Shown: piece by piece, positions 24,448-32,011 of the stretch
How the letters are laid out: every line of letters begins with the position of its first letter
How positions within the stretch are numbered: position 1 is the first letter of the stretch
Assembly (NCBI GenBank): GCA_020847495.1
Contig: JADLCA010000073.1
Location: 1-45,183 of the forward strand
DNA length: 45,183 bases
Reading direction: 5' to 3'
From: Candidatus Hydrogenedentota bacterium
GTDB taxonomy: Bacteria > Hydrogenedentota > Hydrogenedentia > Hydrogenedentales > SLHB01
The notes under the pieces: model-generated
What the model was told of the DNA's origin: nothing
Seen by the model: the letters and a program-made list of their open reading frames with translations, nothing else
The model's database searches: none
Position numbers and translations under genes: made by a program

Positions 24448-25227
24448 TTATACGAGCGGCACCACGAGCCCATCATCCGCGGCGATAACGGACAATCCGA
24501 GTTCATCGGTCAGGGCTTCCGCCACGCGCGACGGCCCCGCTTCAAGCATGCTCAATCCAAAATGCGTGAGGATGATCTGGCGCGGGCGCACCTCGCGGGC
24601 AATGGCGCGCACGTCGTCAAGGCCCAGGTGCATGATCCCCGGATGAGGAGGCTGCTCGAAAAATGTCACGTAGACCACCAGGATGTCTGCCCCCTCGTAG
24701 AACGAAGGCAATTCCTTGAAGTAACGCGTGTCCACCAGGAACGACAGTCGCTGAGGATTCAAATCAAAGGTGATGCCAAACGTGTCCACGCCGTGGTCGT
24801 GTGGCTTGGACGTGTGAAAAGCGACGCGCTCGACCATATAGCGCTTGTCGGGTTCCAGTGTCACGATCGAATGCAGGAAGGGCCGCAAATAGCGCAATAC
24901 AACGGCGTGCTCGCCTTCCAGGCACGAAACCGGGGCAAACAAGGTGCCGCCACGGTTGTAGCCGCCACCCGTCATGGCGTCAATCATGATGTTCACATCG
25001 TTGCAGTGGTCGATGTGGCTGTGTGTGAGAATGACCGCCTGCAGCCGGGCCGGGTCGATCGGCGGATCGCATTGGGCGCAACGCACGAGCGCCCCGGGCC
25101 CCGGGTCCAGGTAGATGCGCGTGCCGTTCAGCTGCAGGTAGATGCCGCCGGAAGCGCGCAGTTGCCGCGCGACCACCCAGCGGCTGCCCGCGGTACCCAG
25201 GAACTTCATGAAGTTGGTGTCGGACAA
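24448..25227 (-). CDS. MBL-fold metallo-hydrolase
   Basis: 259 aa with ILTHSHIDHCND (the HxHxDH motif) and the typical N-terminus FLGTAGSR. Confidence 0.85.
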   Translation of the reverse strand: MSDTNFMKFLGTAGSRWVVARQLRASGGIYLQLNGTRIYLDPGPGALVRCAQCDPPIDPARLQAVILTHSHIDHCNDVNIMIDAMTGGGYNRGGTLFAPVSCLEGEHAVVLRYLRPFLHSIVTLEPDKRYMVERVAFHTSKPHDHGVDTFGITFDLNPQRLSFLVDTRYFKELPSFYEGADILVVYVTFFEQPPHPGIMHLGLDDVRAIAREVRPRQIILTHFGLSMLEAGPSRVAEALTDELGLSVIAADDGLVVPLV

Positions 25228-25281
25228 GGAACTCCTTCCGGCTTGCCGTGTGCGCCCGTGCGCGGCCCGTGTTCCTGCGTA

Positions 25282-26238
25282 CTACTTGCCGGTAGCCGAA
25301 GATGTGTAGCTGTCGAATTCCTTAGCCACTCCTGCGTCCTCCGCGGAACCGCGGTGCACGAGCACCCGGTACTTGAGCTGGAACGAATCGCCGGGATGAA
25401 GCGTAAACGGGTCATTGTGAGGCCAAGAGGCGCCCAGGAAAGCATAGTGACGGAAGATCCAACCCTTGTGAGGATACCCCGGGTCGCTTGGGTGCTGGAA
25501 AATGGCTACGCCGCGCACGGGACTGTCCACGGTCGGGCTCCACGAGACATCGGCCCATGGTGTTTCAAAGGCAAGAGCATCCTCCGGGCACACGCCCTGT
25601 ATCGTGGTGAAGGTAAATGGCTTGTACACCTTGTCCGGCCGGAAGCAGAAACCGCCGTACCCCTTCTTGTCGACGGGCGATCCCAGGAAGGTCACCGGCG
25701 CGTCCGAGATGTTCTCGAAGCGGAGCGTGAAATCGATTGCGCGGCTGGTCTCGCTGGACGGATGGACCACGAGGTCAATGTGCTCGCGTATGGGCGTCGC
25801 GCCATCGTCGTCGAAGCGCCAAAGATTCTGCACGGCAATATGCGCGGTCGCTCCCGCTTCGCGGGCCAACCACGTGTCAAACACAGGACGCACACCGTCC
25901 AACAGCCACACGTCCATCGGACGCTCGCCAACTGTGCAGTTGGGCCAGGTCCAGAACACGCCGCGATGGTGGTAATGGTCATCGGGGAAGTCCTGCGACA
26001 TCACGATTCCATCGAGGTCGTACAAGGGATGAATGTAGCTGGAACGGCGGTACTTCGCGTCAATCCCTTCGGGAGGAGTGACGATGCCGTAATTGTAAAC
26101 AAGCACTGGCGTGCCGTTCTCGAACACGCGCAACGACATCCCGTCGTTGTCGAGGGTAAACTCTCCATAAGCGCCAAGCGCCGCGAACAAGGCGCACATC
26201 CCAACGCTGCCCAACCGAAATCCATGCGTGTCTCTCAT
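25282..26238 (-). CDS. PmoA-like / DUF6807-type secreted protein
   Basis: 318 aa with a signal peptide. HPLYDLDG...DHYHHRGVFWTWP is characteristic, from memory, of the 'PmoA-like' family common in Planctomycetota and Verrucomicrobiota. Confidence 0.7.
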   Translation of the reverse strand: MRDTHGFRLGSVGMCALFAALGAYGEFTLDNDGMSLRVFENGTPVLVYNYGIVTPPEGIDAKYRRSSYIHPLYDLDGIVMSQDFPDDHYHHRGVFWTWPNCTVGERPMDVWLLDGVRPVFDTWLAREAGATAHIAVQNLWRFDDDGATPIREHIDLVVHPSSETSRAIDFTLRFENISDAPVTFLGSPVDKKGYGGFCFRPDKVYKPFTFTTIQGVCPEDALAFETPWADVSWSPTVDSPVRGVAIFQHPSDPGYPHKGWIFRHYAFLGASWPHNDPFTLHPGDSFQLKYRVLVHRGSAEDAGVAKEFDSYTSSATGK

Positions 26239-26269
26239 CGTGCTTCTCCAGTCCGCGTATCACCCGCCG

Positions 26270-27517
26270 CTACGCCGTCGCTTTTGATTGTTCCACAAGT
26301 TGCCGGACCTTCTCCTCGTCCACTGTGATGCCGAGTCCGGGTCCTTTGGGAATTCGAACCTTTCCGCCCACCGGTTGGAACGGTTCCGTGATGACGCTGG
26401 TTCCCAGGAATTGGGGTCCATTCAAAGCGGCCGGGAACTTCAACCCATACGCCCCATAAAGGATGAGCGAAGCGGCTAGGGACACATCCGGATCGGTCAG
26501 CCCGCTGCCCAGGAACATCATCCCCGCGTTCTCCAGGATTTCGACCTGTTCGAGCGCCGAAACCAGACCGCCGCAACGCGCCGGTTTCATGGCAACCCCG
26601 TCGCAGCATCCCAGTTTCATGAATTCGAGCAGGTCCGAGGGGGAGATAACCCCTTCATCCAGGATGATGGGGAGCGCCCCCTGCTTGCGGAGCTCCTGGA
26701 AACCGGTCAGGCGGTTGGAAGGCACGGGCTGCTCGAATACGGCCATCCCCGCATCGGCGAGCTTCGGCGCGACATCGAGTGCGGTGGCGAGGTCATACCC
26801 GCCGTTCGCGTCTCCCCAGAGAAAGCCATCGGGGGCGAGGCGCTTCACCAGTTTGCACAATTCGAGGTCGAACTTCGGGTCCGGAGCCACCTTGATGTTG
26901 AGATTCTGGAAGCCCCGTTCGCGCCCCTTCTCCATCAGGGGCTCGACCTCGTCCAAGGTCTTGGGATTCAGGGTCCAACTCAGGAGCAATTCATCCGGCA
27001 GATGCCGCCCCCAGAGTTCAGCGAGGTTGCGGCCCGTAGCCCTTCCGATGAGGTCGTGCAGGGCAATGTCGATACCCGCCTTCGTGATGGGCGCTCCCGT
27101 CGAGAACGAGTTCGCTATCTCGCGGTTCATGGCATCGTGCACCCCCTTGAGGTCGAAGGGGTTCATGCCGAGAAGAATGGGCTTCAGATAACCCTCAATG
27201 GTGCTTACGGCGCCTTCGAGCGTCTCATAGCTCCAACGCGGCACCGGAACGCTTTCGCCCCACCCGAAGGTGCCATCGTCCGCCGTGATCTTGATCAGGA
27301 CAGCGGCCCGCCCCGTGCCAGACGTGGGGCCCTCGAAGAACTTAAACCGCATGACCGTGGGGTAGCGGACGGGGAACAAATCGATCTGCGCGATCTTCAG
27401 CGGCGCAGCAGTCTGTGCCTCCAGAATGCGGGAAACCGAATACGTCGCCATGGCTGTCATTGCTCCCTGCAAGAACCGTCTACGCGAGATGGCCCCCATG
27501 AATACCCTCCTCCTCAT
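26270..27517 (-). CDS. Enolase-superfamily enzyme (mandelate racemase / muconate lactonizing family) with Tat signal
   Basis: 415 aa. The twin-arginine motif is SRRRFLQGAMTAMA. Catalytic or metal-binding positions are NIKV, GDANGGYD, FEQPVP, ILDEGV and MKPARCGG. Confidence 0.88.
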   Translation of the reverse strand: MRRRVFMGAISRRRFLQGAMTAMATYSVSRILEAQTAAPLKIAQIDLFPVRYPTVMRFKFFEGPTSGTGRAAVLIKITADDGTFGWGESVPVPRWSYETLEGAVSTIEGYLKPILLGMNPFDLKGVHDAMNREIANSFSTGAPITKAGIDIALHDLIGRATGRNLAELWGRHLPDELLLSWTLNPKTLDEVEPLMEKGRERGFQNLNIKVAPDPKFDLELCKLVKRLAPDGFLWGDANGGYDLATALDVAPKLADAGMAVFEQPVPSNRLTGFQELRKQGALPIILDEGVISPSDLLEFMKLGCCDGVAMKPARCGGLVSALEQVEILENAGMMFLGSGLTDPDVSLAASLILYGAYGLKFPAALNGPQFLGTSVITEPFQPVGGKVRIPKGPGLGITVDEEKVRQLVEQSKATA

Positions 27518-27618
27518 GTTGCGCCTCGCGGCGCCGGCGGGTCCGTGTCCAGTGGTTCAGTATACGCACAGACTGACGGGATGCAACTCCGCGACAGAAT
27601 CCGGGGCGCCAGGCAGGT

Positions 27619-27672
27619 GTCCTTGCAGTCCTTGTAGTCCGTGCGGCCCTTGTGGTCATTCTCCGTTCTCCC
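27619..27672. repeat. 9-bp-period tandem array (gtccttgca gtccttgta gtccgtgcg gcccttgtg gtcattctc cgttctccc)
   Basis: Read directly from the sequence. The array lies in the divergent intergenic region between 27517 (-) and 27780 (+). Confidence 0.7.
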
Positions 27673-27779
27673 CGCTTGGCGTCTCTCGCATCCCACCTCG
27701 GTCTTTGACCCTCAAGTCCACGTCCTCAAATGGTTTGCGAAATCGGTTATTCTAGCGTCCTACATGAGGTCCGCATGTA

Positions 27780-29576
27780 ATGGTACCTTGTCGCGATTGT
27801 ATGTATAATGGACGGCGGACGCGGAAGGTCATATGTGGGGCGCGCCCTTTTGCATCTCTGAGTTCCGGGAGCCACCAGGGAAGAAGGGCAACACTCTCAG
27901 GAAATGGCATCTTGTCTACTCTATTCACACGGATTCTCCTACTGACGGGGTTCTCAATCGCGCTTGTGCTTGGCGCCGCTGGCGCCGCGGACGCCACCAT
28001 CCGGATCCGGGATGCTTCGGGATACGCGGGCGGCACGACCGCAGTCGGCGTCAACTTCTCATCAACCGAAGATGCGGCCGGAATCAGTTTCCGCGTCAAT
28101 TTCGATGCGGCCAAGCTCAAGTTTATCACGGTGACCGCCGGGTCGGCCGCGACCGCCGCGAACAAAGAGGTCGCATATGGCTTGCCCGAGTCCGGCGTCG
28201 TGTCCATCGTCGTCTACGGGCTCAACAATAACGTCATCCCGGATGGGCGCATCGCGGACTTGTATTTCGTGATAAAGGGAACACCCGCCGCGGGAACCGT
28301 CTATCCTCTTGTGGGCTCGGAACCTGCCTCAACAGACGCGGAAGAAGCCGAGCCTATCGACACTTCAATCGTCGATGGATCGATCACCGTTTCCGAATGC
28401 ATCACACCGAGCGCTCCCTCCAATGTCTCCGCCAGCGACGGCACGATGACCGACCGGGTGCGCGTCACCTGGAACCCGGCCAACGGCGCCAATTCGTACC
28501 GCGTCTACCGCGGCACAAGCAGCAATTTCGCGGGTGCGCAGTTCCTGGGCGAAACGGCATTGACCACGTATGACGACTACGGCGCGTCGCCCGCGGCGTT
28601 GGCGTCGTCCGGCGGTTGCGGAGGAAGTTCAGCGCTGCAATTTACTTCCCACTATTATTGGGTCGTCACGCAAAGCCCCTGTGCCACCAGCACCCCGGGA
28701 GGCCCAGACACGGGCTATCGCGGCGGCGCCAAGAATCTTGCGTCAACCAAGACATACGAGCCCGTATTGCCAGCGCCCGCCCTGGAGGGCATAGGTGTTG
28801 ACGATACCATCGTGGTTCGCATGCGAACGGAGGAAACCCTGCTTCAGTTCTGGGGCCGGGCGGAGTCCTCCGGACTCAACGACGAGAATGTGGAATGGAT
28901 ACCCGCACCGGATGGCGCGGCGAATGGTGGCTGGGTCGTGTATGAACCCAACGCTCCGTGGATTCCCGGTGAACTCATCCTCATGACCGTTGGAGGCACT
29001 ACGTCTTCGGGCACCGCCGTCGGTCCGCTTTCTTATGCGTTCCGTGTCGCTCCCGACACTCCCGTCAAATCCCTCCGGACTCTAGTGCCGCAACCAGAAA
29101 GCGAGAGCGCCGTTGCGCTTTACGAGGAAGACCAAGAGCGCTTTCCCGTTCTGCCCGTGGGCGTCGGCCCCGTCGTATCCATCGAACCCGGGGCGCCGTA
29201 CTCGGCTCCCCAACGGGTCTGGCTGCCTGTCCCCGAGGGGGCATCCCCCGATTCTGTCACGGTGTTCTACTTCCAAGGTTCCCCATCAACGGGCATCTGG
29301 CATACCGGCCCCGACGTGGATGCCTGGCTCGTTGAAGACAGCGCACTCGTGCTCGAAACTGCTGATGCCACCTACGTTGGCTTCCTTGTGAACCACGGAG
29401 GTGTTGTGCAATTGGGACAGTCTGACCCCGCGCTTCCGGCCGCCCATGCGTCACTGGGACCCGACCTCCGCTGGCGGGAGGGCTTGGCGGAGAACCTTAT
29501 CCTGCTGGCGTTAGTGCTCGCCGCGCTATCCTTTTCCCACCTCCATACCAAACGCCGCAATCCGCCCATCTCATAG
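27780..29576 (+). CDS. Secreted cohesin-domain / FN3-like surface protein with C-terminal membrane anchor
   Basis: 598 aa in the track. The true start is uncertain because the hydrophobic signal LSTLFTRILLLTGFSIALVLGAAGAADA begins about 45 aa in. A cohesin-like module (IRIRDASGYAGGTTAVGVNFSS...ISFRVNFDAAKLKF) and an FN3-like segment (PSNVSASDG..VRVTWNPANGANSYRVYRG) are present. The C-terminus is a TM helix followed by KRR. Confidence 0.8.
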   Translation: MVPCRDCMYNGRRTRKVICGARPFASLSSGSHQGRRATLSGNGILSTLFTRILLLTGFSIALVLGAAGAADATIRIRDASGYAGGTTAVGVNFSSTEDAAGISFRVNFDAAKLKFITVTAGSAATAANKEVAYGLPESGVVSIVVYGLNNNVIPDGRIADLYFVIKGTPAAGTVYPLVGSEPASTDAEEAEPIDTSIVDGSITVSECITPSAPSNVSASDGTMTDRVRVTWNPANGANSYRVYRGTSSNFAGAQFLGETALTTYDDYGASPAALASSGGCGGSSALQFTSHYYWVVTQSPCATSTPGGPDTGYRGGAKNLASTKTYEPVLPAPALEGIGVDDTIVVRMRTEETLLQFWGRAESSGLNDENVEWIPAPDGAANGGWVVYEPNAPWIPGELILMTVGGTTSSGTAVGPLSYAFRVAPDTPVKSLRTLVPQPESESAVALYEEDQERFPVLPVGVGPVVSIEPGAPYSAPQRVWLPVPEGASPDSVTVFYFQGSPSTGIWHTGPDVDAWLVEDSALVLETADATYVGFLVNHGGVVQLGQSDPALPAAHASLGPDLRWREGLAENLILLALVLAALSFSHLHTKRRNPPIS

Positions 29577-29663
29577 CCTTGAGGTCTCGCACAGAGACCA
29601 GATCTAGCCACAAGAAGTCGCTGCAAACCCCTGCCAATATCCAATTTGTGGGCATCTTTTGCG

Positions 29664-29692
29664 TTGACAGCCACTACATATTGTGGTATCTT
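29664..29692 (+). promoter_or_regulatory. Sigma70-like promoter TTGACA-N17-TATCTT (with TGn extended -10) upstream of fliQ
   Basis: ttgaca lies at 29664-29669, followed by a 17-nt spacer that ends in tgg, and tatctt at 29687-29692. The promoter is about 100 nt upstream of the fliQ ATG. Confidence 0.5.
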
Positions 29693-29793
29693 GCTTGTCG
29701 CGGGATTCAAGTGTCTATGGGTTGGATGTCCGCGCCCAAAGAAGTCGTAACTCTTTGGATTTGGATGAGTTCGCACAGTTAGGGGCTGGGATC

Positions 29794-30063
29794 ATGAATG
29801 CGGACACCGTTTTGGACCTCGGACGCAACGCCATGTACATCACGCTGCTGGTGTCGGCACCCATGCTGCTTTCGGGAATGGTCGTGGGGTTGGTCATCAG
29901 CGTCTTCCAGTCGGTCACGCAGATCCAGGAGATCACCCTGACGTTCGTGCCCAAAATCATCGTGGTCATGGTGGCTTTTGTGCTCTTCATGCCCTGGATG
30001 CTCTCACTATTTCTCGCTTACGTTCAGCCTTTGTTCGGCGGTTTTGACGTGCTGGTCCGCTGA
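29794..30063 (+). CDS. fliQ: Flagellar biosynthetic protein FliQ
   Basis: 89 aa from the ATG at 29794 (MNADTVLDLGRNAMYITLLVSAPMLL...VSVFQSVTQIQEITLTFVPKI). The track start at 29683 adds non-FliQ residues. Confidence 0.9.
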   Translation: MNADTVLDLGRNAMYITLLVSAPMLLSGMVVGLVISVFQSVTQIQEITLTFVPKIIVVMVAFVLFMPWMLSLFLAYVQPLFGGFDVLVR

Positions 30064-30101
30064 CGGGTCGTGCGGAGCGCAAGGCGGGGAGGGAAAACGC
30101 C

Positions 30102-30872
30102 TTGGTGTTCGAGGTTGAAGTATTCAAAGTGTTCCTTCTGGTCATGGCGCGGTTCAGCGGCATGATGGTGTCCGCACCCGTCCTGGGTTCACGCAATTTC
30201 CCTGTCATCGCCAAGGTCGGGCTGGTCGCGCTTTCCGCCGTGCTGATAACACCCACCGTGCCCGCCCTGGACGCGCCTCTTCCGGACGCTCCTGCGGCTT
30301 TCGCCCTGCTGGCGGCGGGGGATTTGCTCATAGGACTGATGATGGGCTTCACGATGACGCTGGTGTTCGCGGCCATCCAGGTGGCGGGGCAGTTGCTGGA
30401 TATGCTGACCGGGTTCGCGATGATGAACGTGTTCAATCCAGCGCTCGAAACGCAGGTGCCGATCTTCGGTTTCTTTCTCTACGTGATCGCGGTCCTGTAC
30501 CTGCTGGTGTTGAACGGCCACCACATGATGATCAAGGCGATGGCCGCTTCATTCGAAGGGATTCCGCTGGGCGGGTTTGTCCTGAACCCGGCGCTGCTGC
30601 GCGAGGTCAGCACGTGGGGTTCCGTCATGTTCTACGACGGCCTGATGATCGCCGCCCCCGTGGCGGCAGCCCTCTTGCTGGCGTATGTCACGATGGGACT
30701 TCTGAGCCGGTTGGTTCCTCAGATTCACTTGTTTGTCGTGGGGTTTCCCCTGACGATTGCGATGGGCCTGATCTTGGTGGCCCTCTCGATGTCCGTCTAC
30801 ATGAACCTCCTTGACGGCATGTTTGTCCGGATGTTCCGCGATGTCCACACGGTCGTGCGGGCGATGAGCTAG
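30102..30872 (+). CDS. fliR: Flagellar biosynthetic protein FliR
   Basis: 256 aa with a TTG start. FLLVMARFSGMMVSAPVLG is the typical FliR N-terminus. The protein is polytopic. Confidence 0.9.
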   Translation: MVFEVEVFKVFLLVMARFSGMMVSAPVLGSRNFPVIAKVGLVALSAVLITPTVPALDAPLPDAPAAFALLAAGDLLIGLMMGFTMTLVFAAIQVAGQLLDMLTGFAMMNVFNPALETQVPIFGFFLYVIAVLYLLVLNGHHMMIKAMAASFEGIPLGGFVLNPALLREVSTWGSVMFYDGLMIAAPVAAALLLAYVTMGLLSRLVPQIHLFVVGFPLTIAMGLILVALSMSVYMNLLDGMFVRMFRDVHTVVRAMS

Positions 30873-30879
30873 AAACGGT

Positions 30880-31992
30880 ATGGCAGAAGAAAGCGGCGGC
30901 GAAAAAACTCTACCGGCATCCCAGAGCAAGATTGATAAGGCCCGGGAGCAGGGGAACATTGCGAAGAGCCAGGACCTGAGCGCGGCGTGGTCGCTCATGA
31001 TGGCGCTACTGGCCTTGTGGTATCTGTGCCCGGACCTCTTGAGAATGATGGTTGAGATGTGCCGGCACTACTTCGGCGAATTCGGATACCGTGAGCTGGG
31101 GCCCGATACCTTCTACGCGCTCTGCCTCGATGCCCTGGAACGCACGGCCCGCATTGTGCTGCCCTTTGCCGTGGCCATGCTCATCGCGGGCGTGGTCATG
31201 AATCTGCTTCAAGTGGGCTTTCTGTTTTCGACGCAGGCCATTCAACCCAAACTGGATCGCCTGAACCCCTTGAGCGGATTCAGGAAGTTCTTTAGCGGGC
31301 GCAGCGCCTTCGAGCTGCTGAAGTCCGTCCTGAAACTGGTGCTGGTGTCGGCAATTGTCTACGTCACCGTAAAGGACCGGTGGACCGAACTCGTGGCCAC
31401 CGCGTTCCTGTTTCCTGACACCATGGCGGCGGCCGTGGCCAAGCTGGTGGCCCTTGTGTGGTTTCGGGCGGTGCTGGCGATGCTGATCCTGGGAATTCTC
31501 GACTTCGGGTTCCAGCGATGGCAGTACGGGCGCGACCTGATGATGACCGTCCAGGAAGCCAAGGAAGAGATGAAGCAGCTGGAAGGGGATCCGCGCATCA
31601 AGCAGCGGATCCGCCAGATTCAACGCCAGATGGCCATGAAGCGCATGATGGCCGAGGTGCCGAAAGCGGACGTGGTAATCACAAACCCGGTGCGTTTCGC
31701 GGTGGCCTTGCGCTACGACATGACCACGATGGGCGCGCCCGTCGTGGTGGCCAAGGGAGCGCGCCTGCTTGCGAAACGGATTCGCGAGATCGCCGAGCAG
31801 AACAACGTGCCCATTGTCGAGAAGCCAGAGTTGGCGAGAGCCCTGTTCAAGGGCATCGAAATCGGCCAGCCCGTTCCCGAAAACCTGTTCCGGGCCGTGG
31901 CGGAAGTCCTGGCCTTCGTGTACCGGATTGACCGCCGCGAGGAAAAACGCAGGGAACGCGCCGCGATGCAAGGCGCGCCCGCAAACGGTTAA
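30880..31992 (+). CDS. flhB: Flagellar export switch protein FlhB
   Basis: 370 aa. The N-terminus is GEKTLPASQSKIDKAREQGNIAKSQDL and the C-terminal domain is VVITNPVRFAVALRYD...APVVVAKG. The canonical NPTH reads NPVR here. Confidence 0.92.
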   Translation: MAEESGGEKTLPASQSKIDKAREQGNIAKSQDLSAAWSLMMALLALWYLCPDLLRMMVEMCRHYFGEFGYRELGPDTFYALCLDALERTARIVLPFAVAMLIAGVVMNLLQVGFLFSTQAIQPKLDRLNPLSGFRKFFSGRSAFELLKSVLKLVLVSAIVYVTVKDRWTELVATAFLFPDTMAAAVAKLVALVWFRAVLAMLILGILDFGFQRWQYGRDLMMTVQEAKEEMKQLEGDPRIKQRIRQIQRQMAMKRMMAEVPKADVVITNPVRFAVALRYDMTTMGAPVVVAKGARLLAKRIREIAEQNNVPIVEKPELARALFKGIEIGQPVPENLFRAVAEVLAFVYRIDRREEKRRERAAMQGAPANG

Positions 31993-32011
31993 GGATCGCG
32001 AGTAAGAGCAA

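Noticed and set aside
24361-26328. 655-aa ORF on the plus strand
   Set aside because: It lies entirely antisense to two well-supported minus-strand genes (MBL hydrolase and PmoA-like). Its Arg/His/Gly/Val-rich composition with no motifs is that of a typical GC-rich shadow ORF.
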